Of a DNA stretch of 57,673 bases, positions 17,928-25,261 are shown one piece after another. The stretch's first letter is position 1, and every line of letters starts with the position of its first letter. The notes under the pieces were generated by a model that did not search any database, was not told the origin of the DNA, and saw only the letters and a program-made list of their open reading frames with translations. The position numbers and the translations under genes were made by a program. This DNA comes from an uncultured virus (IMG/VR IMGVR_UViG_3300025502_000006) (taxonomy: Duplodnaviria > Heunggongvirae > Uroviricota > Caudoviricetes): the IMG/VR virus record IMGVR_UViG_3300025502_000006. One strand, written 5' to 3'.

Positions 17928-19715
17928 TTACGACACCGGTCCTACTTCGCCTGCGCCTGGAACTGAACCTGTAGCTGTTGATGGTTGTCCGCCAACTGGA
18001 CCAGCAACGTCTAAGTCGCCCAAGTCATCTAGTTCTTCCATATCGTCGATTTCTTCACCAGTTTCTATGTCTGTATCAAAATCACCGGTAGATACTCCAA
18101 TGTTTCTGAGATCAGAACCAGCTGGATCATCAGTGGCTTCTTCTGTATTCTCTTCTGCCCATAGTTTTTCATTCTTCTGAATCTCTTCTTCAGTCAATCC
18201 TAAGAATCTTTCTAGTGCAAAACGCTTTGAAATATAAGGGAATGCTTCCATACCAGAGAAAGTTGATACTCTAGCAGTATCTAACTCACTTTGACGATAA
18301 GCGGCAAAGTTTTGCGGTGGATTGAATTGTAGATCGAACATTCCTACATCGAGGTTAAATCCTCTCCAACGCAAGAATAGTTTAAATTCTTCGTCAAGTT
18401 TGCTACATATATAATTCTGTAATCGTTCGCAATATTGATTGAATCTAAACTCTTGTATCATTGCTGTACCGACACGACCATCATTCAAAGGCGTGGTATT
18501 ATCATCTGGGCCTGTAGGCAAGTATGAACTTGGTACACGTAAACCACGTGCTAATCTGTTATTAAAGTACTTAAGATCGTCAATCTCGCCTAAGTTCTGT
18601 CCACCTGGTAGAACTTCAACTGATGAGCCTCTGCCTTCTGCTGTTACAGGGAAGAAGTAATCCTCATTCATACTTAGGGGATTATATGTAGCATCTACTA
18701 CTGAGTTGCCACCATGTATACTAGGTATACGTCTTTGATGTATTTCATTTTTTATTCTGTCCACGAACGCCATAGCTAAATGCGATGGCATGTTACCAAC
18801 GTCAATCTTAAACATTCTGCGTTCTGGTGCACGTTGTACACGATAGATCAGAACCGCGTCTTCTAACAGTTCTTTCTGCTTGTATACTTTGAAGATATTC
18901 TCTAAGATAGACTGTCCGAAAGGCCAGAAGCGATCTAATCCTTCTGTTAATGACAAGTGAACAACATGATTAGAGTCGATTGAGGATTCTGATTGACCTA
19001 ATGTAAATCTACTGCCCGATGTGTTATAAGGCATAGATGGTGCTGTGTATCCGCCTCCTCCGCCTCCTCCGCCACCGCCTGTACCACCTAATCCTGTCGT
19101 TGGATTTGCGGCAAAGTCTGTGTTTGTTTTTTGTGCAACCGTTAAGTTCTGTAAGTTAATGTTTAGGTCTTTGATGACATATTGCTCAGGAAGTTTACCT
19201 TCGCTCTCATTAACAATAACTTTAATAACTTTAACCATGTCAACCCAGTAGAGTTTAAAGTTCTCTGGATCCCTTACGAATACTTGGTCTCCATACTTGA
19301 CCACGTTTCGAAAGATTTTAAACATACGTGTATCAAACTCGTTAAGTTTGCACCATTGTTGTAATTGTTTAGATAATAGACTAACTTCATGTGGTGTAGG
19401 TTCATCTTTATATTCGAATGAAAAAGGTGTTTTGTTGTGATCATTTCGCTGAGTGCTAAATTCTGCAATGATATCCAAACATGCGTTGATCTCTGCATCA
19501 ACGTCCATCATCTCATATTGATTGTATCGTTCTATTCTGTTTGGATGACCCGTATATACTTCTGGGAGTCTACTCATGTAGTTTTTGTAGCCGAAATCTG
19601 TACTAGAGTAGCCTGCTTCGGACGCACCACCATTCCAATTACCAGAGTTGCTATTATTACCTGATATCGGGCTAGATACTCCGCTTTTATTTAAAAAATT
19701 CTTTGTGTATGCCAT
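17928..19715 (-). CDS. gp20: Portal protein, T4 gp20-like (595 aa)
   Basis: LLEDAVLIYRVQRAPERRMFKIDVGNMP, EDYFFP, LPGGQNLGEIDDLKYF and LRVPSSYL motifs. Confidence 0.96.
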   Translation of the reverse strand: MAYTKNFLNKSGVSSPISGNNSNSGNWNGGASEAGYSSTDFGYKNYMSRLPEVYTGHPNRIERYNQYEMMDVDAEINACLDIIAEFSTQRNDHNKTPFSFEYKDEPTPHEVSLLSKQLQQWCKLNEFDTRMFKIFRNVVKYGDQVFVRDPENFKLYWVDMVKVIKVIVNESEGKLPEQYVIKDLNINLQNLTVAQKTNTDFAANPTTGLGGTGGGGGGGGGGYTAPSMPYNTSGSRFTLGQSESSIDSNHVVHLSLTEGLDRFWPFGQSILENIFKVYKQKELLEDAVLIYRVQRAPERRMFKIDVGNMPSHLAMAFVDRIKNEIHQRRIPSIHGGNSVVDATYNPLSMNEDYFFPVTAEGRGSSVEVLPGGQNLGEIDDLKYFNNRLARGLRVPSSYLPTGPDDNTTPLNDGRVGTAMIQEFRFNQYCERLQNYICSKLDEEFKLFLRWRGFNLDVGMFDLQFNPPQNFAAYRQSELDTARVSTFSGMEAFPYISKRFALERFLGLTEEEIQKNEKLWAEENTEEATDDPAGSDLRNIGVSTGDFDTDIETGEEIDDMEELDDLGDLDVAGPVGGQPSTATGSVPGAGEVGPVS

Positions 19716-19727
19716 ATTAGTATTTAG

Positions 19728-22700
19728 TTAAACTGCGGCGTAGTTGCCGATTTTCTCTAATTGATTATTACTGTCATCTACCTTAGATATCAGTGTTTTT
19801 AGTAGCTTATTATTGATCTCAGCAAAGTCTAGTTGTTTTTTCATCATATCATTATTATTAGATTCAATTGTTGTTTGGGCAATCTGCCTTTTTTCGGTAA
19901 TTGCCGTACTGTCGTCATTAATTTCGTTAACTAGATCAACTTTAGGAGTGTTACCCGAGGATACATCATTTGCTGTTGTGGTATCTTCTACTATCATCTC
20001 TGCCCAGTTAGCATCCATTTCCTTTTTTAGTTTCTGTGTTCTTGGACCTGCCTCGGTAGCCTCGGTAGCATATTCGTTTGCTTCTTTTACTGTGTCGAAC
20101 TGTTCAAGTGTTAGTCCGCTCTTTTTAAACTCTTGAAATATTTTCTTTGTCATTTCCCCAATAGTTTCTTTCTCCTTGGCGGTATACTCGGTCTCTGCCG
20201 CATCCCAGGCTTTCATCGAATTTAATTCGACCAATCTCAACCGTATTCTAGTAATCATGGCCTCGTTGCCTAATAGATCGGTTTTCGTTTGTATATTTGA
20301 ATATAAATTTAATTGATCTGTTGCGTATTGCAAGTCAGATATTCTTTTACCATTATTTGCCGTGTGTGTCCCTTCACTTGCATCGTCATTTAAATCATTA
20401 TCTCTGATCATAGCTGTCATCATACCGATCGCTTGACTAACATCAATCTCAGCGGACCTTACCAATTCTCCCATTTTTTCGTAATCAATATGACTATCAC
20501 CCACGTGATCTTTGTCATATATGTCTATCTTTTTAGCCATCTCCAGATTGGTTGCGTCCAATTTTTTGTCTTCCATCGATAGGGTTATTCCTTCGGCTAT
20601 CTCCCCGCCAATTAATTCTCCGCCTTTCATACCCATCCATAAACCAAGTGCTGAACCAATTATTCCTCCAATAGCAGTACCTACGACAGGTACTACTGAC
20701 CCAATGGCCGCGCCAGCCAATCCCATAGCCACCACGCCACCAGCACCGCCGACAGCGGTACCATAGCCTTCACCCTTTCCTACTGTCTCTCGTCTTATCC
20801 GCTCGTCCTCTGTAATTTTTTTATCGGCAAATGCTTTTTCTGCTTTTTCTCTTTTCTCAGAGGCATGTTCCCATCCACCCCAAATTGCGGCCGCGACTCC
20901 TAATAGGGCATTGCCTTTTACAACCTTACCAGCTGGCCCAGCCATTTTGGTAGCAAACTTGCTCGCGGTGGACTGTATTGGCCCGACGAAGGCTTTTGCG
21001 GCGTTTGCGGCTTTGCCACCTATGCCACCACCCAGGAAGCCCAAAGCTGCCATTTTACCAAGTGATATTGATGCGGCAGTGGCTGCTACGGTTAATAGAC
21101 CAACTGCCCATGTTCCTGCATTAAACCCAGTGGTTAATGGATTGATAGAATCTGTCAATCTATCAACGTCTGTTCTTAAGTTTCGTTCTAAAGATTGGAA
21201 TAATGCCGCAAGTTGTTTTTGAGCGTCATACTCTTTCCCGGTAGATTCTATTATATTTCCTTTGGCATCTTTTTTAACTGTTGCTCGGTCGTTTTCTGTG
21301 TTGTACATGGTCATGTAGTGATGAAGATTTTCAGCACCGACACCCATACTTTCACCCAATGCCTGTCCTTCGCTCGACATCCTCTCTATAGCAGGCTGGA
21401 GACGGGCTACATTGCGGGCGATGCCGCCCATGAACTGTTCCTCTACCCAAGTTTGCAAGTCTAGCAAGTCTTGGCCTTCGTTCGCATTTGGATCAACATT
21501 AGCAAATCGTCTTTCCATCTCTGCGGCATTAATACCCAATTGTGCGACAGATGTATTGTTTGTAGCAAAGGATCCTGTTCGCATTACTTCAGCGAGTATT
21601 GCGGTAAATTCTCCGCCTAAGGTTGGTGCGAGTTTTGCAATGCTATCTTCCATTGCCGTTTTATGATCTGTCATCTCTTTAATGCGGTCATTGAGGGATT
21701 CCCTACTCGCCTCTAACTCATCCCTCTTCACCTGAGTAATGTCTTTGTCAAGTTGTGCCGTTACGGCCAAACTTTTTGCCTTCAGCGCATCTATTTCTAA
21801 AGTCATCGCTACGTTTGCAATTTGATTTTGATATGCAGTTAATGCTATCTCTTGATCTCTTTTAACACCGTCAATATTTTTGCCGGTTATTTCACTAAGT
21901 AGGGCTAGACTTCTTACATATTCAAGTGTGCGTTCTCGAAGTTTTGTTTGGGCCTTTCTATCCTTGACCGTCTCTCTCGCTCCCTCTCTCGCTTCATTTC
22001 GTAAATTTATACCTGAACGTTTTTGTAATTCTAAGTAATATAACTGATATTCATTCGCTTCTTCTAGGGTGCGACCATATCTACGCATTTCCATTTCTTG
22101 AGAGTCACTCAGACTGAATATGCTTATTAAATTCTCGACACCTTCGGCGGTACCTGAGCCTAATGTGTTTAAGCTTGCACCTGCGCTTGTAATAATCTTA
22201 GTAAGTTTTTCTAAATCCTGAGAGGCATAACCAGCATCTCGTGCCATATCCGTGATATTATCAGACGTAATTCCTGCTATTGCACCCATACTGTTCAGTT
22301 CTTTGACAAACTGATTTTGAGCATCGGCTTGATTAAGCATGATCTCACCGATTTTAAAGATGCCTTTACCCATTTTTCCTAAGGCTTCACCTATCGGACC
22401 GAATGATTCACCGAAATTTGCAACAGCTTCTCCACTTGTCGATAACGCTTTCCCATATTTGCCAAATCCTGGAGTGCTGTCAAGCAAGGCTTCAGAAAAT
22501 TTACCCAATGATTGTATTGCGAGTGATCCTGATGCGGCGAGCAGCCTGTTACTCTGATCAATTTCACGATCTGCTCGTGCCTCTGCTTCTTCACGTTTAG
22601 TTTGGCCGTGCGCGGCTAACGTACTTGTCCTAGCAAATTCATTTACTGACTCGTTTGCTTTCTTTTGTGCGGTATTACTGGTGTTAGCCGAATCAGCTAC

Positions 22701-22796
22701 AGCGCCCAATGATGCGGCCAGTGGGCCCATAACTCTATTCAAGGCTATAATATGTTCTTGCAGTTCTCTTATTACTTCTGGGTCAAAATCTTCCAT
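19728..22796 (-). CDS. Tape measure protein-like (1022 aa)
   Basis: Long helical A/E/K-rich protein with Gly/Ala-rich hydrophobic segments (GLAGAAIGSVVPVVGTAIGGIIGSALGLWMG), adjacent to hub/chaperone genes. Confidence 0.75.
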   Translation of the reverse strand: MEDFDPEVIRELQEHIIALNRVMGPLAASLGAVADSANTSNTAQKKANESVNEFARTSTLAAHGQTKREEAEARADREIDQSNRLLAASGSLAIQSLGKFSEALLDSTPGFGKYGKALSTSGEAVANFGESFGPIGEALGKMGKGIFKIGEIMLNQADAQNQFVKELNSMGAIAGITSDNITDMARDAGYASQDLEKLTKIITSAGASLNTLGSGTAEGVENLISIFSLSDSQEMEMRRYGRTLEEANEYQLYYLELQKRSGINLRNEAREGARETVKDRKAQTKLRERTLEYVRSLALLSEITGKNIDGVKRDQEIALTAYQNQIANVAMTLEIDALKAKSLAVTAQLDKDITQVKRDELEASRESLNDRIKEMTDHKTAMEDSIAKLAPTLGGEFTAILAEVMRTGSFATNNTSVAQLGINAAEMERRFANVDPNANEGQDLLDLQTWVEEQFMGGIARNVARLQPAIERMSSEGQALGESMGVGAENLHHYMTMYNTENDRATVKKDAKGNIIESTGKEYDAQKQLAALFQSLERNLRTDVDRLTDSINPLTTGFNAGTWAVGLLTVAATAASISLGKMAALGFLGGGIGGKAANAAKAFVGPIQSTASKFATKMAGPAGKVVKGNALLGVAAAIWGGWEHASEKREKAEKAFADKKITEDERIRRETVGKGEGYGTAVGGAGGVVAMGLAGAAIGSVVPVVGTAIGGIIGSALGLWMGMKGGELIGGEIAEGITLSMEDKKLDATNLEMAKKIDIYDKDHVGDSHIDYEKMGELVRSAEIDVSQAIGMMTAMIRDNDLNDDASEGTHTANNGKRISDLQYATDQLNLYSNIQTKTDLLGNEAMITRIRLRLVELNSMKAWDAAETEYTAKEKETIGEMTKKIFQEFKKSGLTLEQFDTVKEANEYATEATEAGPRTQKLKKEMDANWAEMIVEDTTTANDVSSGNTPKVDLVNEINDDSTAITEKRQIAQTTIESNNNDMMKKQLDFAEINNKLLKTLISKVDDSNNQLEKIGNYAAV

Positions 22797-22817
22797 ACAC
22801 TCTTTTACCTAAGATTT

Positions 22818-22885
22818 AAATTTGGGTGTTTTCCTACTACTAAATATACTCTATTAGTATTTAGTATTTTAAAATACCCAATTTT
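22818..22885. promoter_or_regulatory. Symmetric bidirectional late promoter
   Basis: Inverted TACTAAATA (22838-22846) / TATTTAGTA (22858-22866), plus outer inverted TTGGGT(G/A)TTTT boxes. Confidence 0.7.
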
Positions 22886-22902
22886 TTATGTGAGGAACAT
22901 AT

Positions 22903-23745
22903 ATGGAAAACAACAACAGTAATCCCCTACGTCAATTCTTTCGTAGACCCGCAGTACATTTAACTCTACCTTCTGGTGGTGAAGCATACACAAGTGACGA
23001 TATTGAATTTCCGGCAGATACAAGAGAACTGCCTGTTTATCCGATGACAGCCATTGATGAGATAACAACAAAAACACCAGATGCATTGTTTAACGGTTCT
23101 GCTATGGTAGAACTTATCAAGAGTTGTATTCCCGCAATCAAAAATCCATGGAATCTATTGAGTAATGACCTAGATAGTGTTCTCATCTCTATTAAAGCGG
23201 CAGGTGGACAAGAAACAATTGATGTCGAGTCTGTGTGTACAAATGAGGAGTGCGCGATTCCAGGTACTTATGGTATTAACCTACAAGTATTACTGCGATC
23301 TATTTCGAAGGGTGATTATGAAACTCCTTTACCTATAGGTGATTTAAAAATATGCTTTGGTCCTATACAGTATTCAACCATGAATAAAGCGGCTTTAAAA
23401 CAGTTTGACATTCAAGGCAAGTACAAAAATACACCCCAAATAGAAGACACTACTGAACGCAATGAAGCAAATAAAAATGCATTGATAGATATCACATCAT
23501 TAACTATGGAAATTTTATCAGATACAATCACCAAGGTAATAACACCCGATTCAGAGGTGACAGAAACAGAATTCATACTTGATTTCTTGCAGAACTGTGA
23601 TACTACAACATACGAAGCAATTCGTGATCATAACGTAGAACTCAGATCAAAAAGTACTATCAAGCCACTGACAATTACCTGTACTGAATGTGAACATGTA
23701 TATACGCAACCATTCACACTAAACGCATCGGATTTTTTCGTCTAA
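22903..23745 (+). CDS. Baseplate hub subunit / tail assembly chaperone, T4 gp26/gp51 family-like (280 aa)
   Basis: LTLPSGG..Y, PMTAIDE, DLDSVLISIK, two Cys pairs (CTNEEC, CTECEH) and a C-terminal DFF; GAGGA Shine-Dalgarno. Confidence 0.8.
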   Translation: MENNNSNPLRQFFRRPAVHLTLPSGGEAYTSDDIEFPADTRELPVYPMTAIDEITTKTPDALFNGSAMVELIKSCIPAIKNPWNLLSNDLDSVLISIKAAGGQETIDVESVCTNEECAIPGTYGINLQVLLRSISKGDYETPLPIGDLKICFGPIQYSTMNKAALKQFDIQGKYKNTPQIEDTTERNEANKNALIDITSLTMEILSDTITKVITPDSEVTETEFILDFLQNCDTTTYEAIRDHNVELRSKSTIKPLTITCTECEHVYTQPFTLNASDFFV

Positions 23746-23782
23746 GACTCCTTTCACTCGACCCTGATGGGGTGAGGGAGTT
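23733..23782 (+). other. Predicted -1 programmed ribosomal frameshift signal
   Basis: Slippery heptamer T TTT TTC (23733-23739), 6-nt spacer, then hairpin GACTCCT(T)TCACTC / GGGTGAGGGAGTT (23746-23782). The -1 frame is open into the next ORF. Confidence 0.75.
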
Positions 23783-23969
23783 GATCAACGATTACGAAAA
23801 TTACACCCAGGGAATCAAGTCAAATGCATTGACCATGTCTTGGTACATGCGAGGTGGTGCGTCCTATGAAGACATTCTCAATATGTCGGTATCAGAAAGA
23901 AAAACTATCAGTGCCTTAGTAGAAGAACACCTGGAAACTACAAAGAAAACACAAATACCATTCTTCTAA
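23739..23969 (+). CDS. Second chaperone segment (gpT-like), probably expressed as a frameshift extension
   Basis: The -1 frame reads RLRLLSLDPDGVRELINDYE...SWYMRGGASYEDILNMSVSERK. The xxxEILxMxxxERxx helix is typical of tail-chaperone C-terminal segments. The only nearby start is a GTG buried in the hairpin. Confidence 0.7.
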   Translation, partial: RLRLLSLDPDGVRELINDYENYTQGIKSNALTMSWYMRGGASYEDILNMSVSERKTISALVEEHLETTKKTQIPFF

Positions 23970-24013
23970 ACAACCTTATATTGGTCTTGTTTAGAAGTTC
24001 TCTTCGAGAACTT
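23964..24013. terminator. Two adjacent hairpins at the convergent gene junction
   Basis: TTCTAAACAA...TTGTTTAGAA (23964-23996) and AAGTTCTC-TTC-GAGAACTT (23995-24013). Confidence 0.5.
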
Positions 24014-24111
24014 AATTACTCTTTCACTTCGTTCAATCATAATTTTTCTTTCAAAGTAATAAATTTAAATACTGGATGATTATAATTTTGTTTTTGTATT
24101 ATTATTTTTTG

Positions 24112-24465
24112 AGAGCCATGGTAGTGCTTCTAAACACTACCAATGATCGGCGGACTATTGTTCCCGTCGTCCCATGTTGATTATCCCCAATCGATTACGT
24201 TACTATAATCAATTGCTACCGGTTGCCCTGTAAAGTTTGCTGGGTTGTAGTTGAGTCGATTACACTAATAAATGTAACCTCTCGGCAACGCATGTTTCAT
24301 ATCATCAAATCAAAATATATATGAACTCATTCAAGGTTCGCTACCATAACGATTGCCTTGTCGGTTTATGTGTCTATAAATAGACACTACTCCAGTTCCG
24401 TCGCCTGCATGACACAGGTTCCTCAAGGAGGGTCGAGTATAAATCACGACCATACTAAATGTATG
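24112..24465 (-). ncRNA. Candidate large structured non-coding RNA (family not recognised)
   Basis: About 10 consecutive or nested stems in an ORF-free interval. The non-Watson-Crick positions in at least five stems are G-U on the minus strand but would be C-A on the plus strand. Confidence 0.65.
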
Positions 24466-24470
24466 TTATA

Positions 24471-25136
24471 TTAAATCTTTATAGCTGTAGTTTTAGTTTC
24501 TATTGGGCTTGAGTTGTTCTCTGACGAGGTTGAGTTGTTCTCTGGTGGGTTTGAGTTGTTCTCTGACGAGGTTGAGTTGTTCTCTGGTGGGTTTGAGTTG
24601 TTCTCTGGTGGGTTTGAGTTGGTCTCTGGTTTGCCTGAGTATGCTTTAAATATATCTTTGTTGTGTTTGAAAAAATGATCATGCTCTACTAAAATCCAAT
24701 CAGCATGATATTTGGAAGTATAATACATAAATTGATCACTTACCCATGTATATCTGCTAGGTACGCAAACAAATTTGCCTTTACGATTAAATTTCATAAA
24801 AAGAACATTTAAGTCGCCTTCATCAGCTACGTCCATTAATTGGTCTAACCATGAATCAAGTTGTTTACATGATCCTGCCAGTACCTGATGAAACGGAAAG
24901 TCTGCATAAAATTTACATTCTACATTAAGCATGACAAAACTTTGTCCAGGAACAATGTCCCCTTTAAAACTTCTAATCTGGCCTTCATGTAGTATCTCTG
25001 TACGAGATTGATTTTTGCCACCAACATAAGCACCAGAGCCAGGTGCTCTGATAAAACTTTCTTTGTATAGTTCACTTAGATATTTTGCGATGTCTCGTTC
25101 GTATCCTGAACCTTTGTTTTTTGATGGTGATGGCAT
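24471..25136 (-). CDS. Holliday junction resolvase, Hjc-type PD-(D/E)xK, with a repeat tail (221 aa)
   Basis: SKNKGSGYERDIA...R.PGSGA...GDIV...VECKFY motifs; adjacent to gp46/gp47. Confidence 0.8.
   Translation of the reverse strand: MPSPSKNKGSGYERDIAKYLSELYKESFIRAPGSGAYVGGKNQSRTEILHEGQIRSFKGDIVPGQSFVMLNVECKFYADFPFHQVLAGSCKQLDSWLDQLMDVADEGDLNVLFMKFNRKGKFVCVPSRYTWVSDQFMYYTSKYHADWILVEHDHFFKHNKDIFKAYSGKPETNSNPPENNSNPPENNSTSSENNSNPPENNSTSSENNSSPIETKTTAIKI
24509..24630. repeat. 21-bp tandem repeat, ~5.8 copies of two variants (A-B-A-B-B-B')
   Basis: Variant A ttgagttgttctctgacgagg at 24509 and 24551; variant B ttgagttgttctctggtgggt at 24530, 24572 and 24593; a partial copy at 24614. Encodes NSTSSEN/NSNPPEN. 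Confidence 0.95.
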
Positions 25137-25261
25137 ATTACTAATTATCTCCCTACCATTGAGTGGTATAATTTTTATTCACAATTTTAGTACTGTATTT
25201 TGTCTGGTATTCGTAAGAGCCGTGTATAAACTAGGCCTCTTAAAATTAATTTTGGGTAATT

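Noticed and set aside
24375..24382. TATAAATA on the + strand inside the structured element
   Set aside because: It coincides with a hairpin loop and has no + strand gene downstream. It is probably incidental, although an antisense transcript cannot be excluded.
23970..24470. tRNA, tmRNA, RNase P or group I/II intron in the non-coding gap
   Set aside because: No cloverleaf or TTCRA arm, tag reading frame, RNase P core or intron core motifs were recognised, and the flanking genes converge and look complete.
24509..24630. 21-bp repeat array as a mini-CRISPR
   Set aside because: The variable part is only 6 nt and has two recurring variants, the array is in frame in a CDS, and there are no cas genes in the window.
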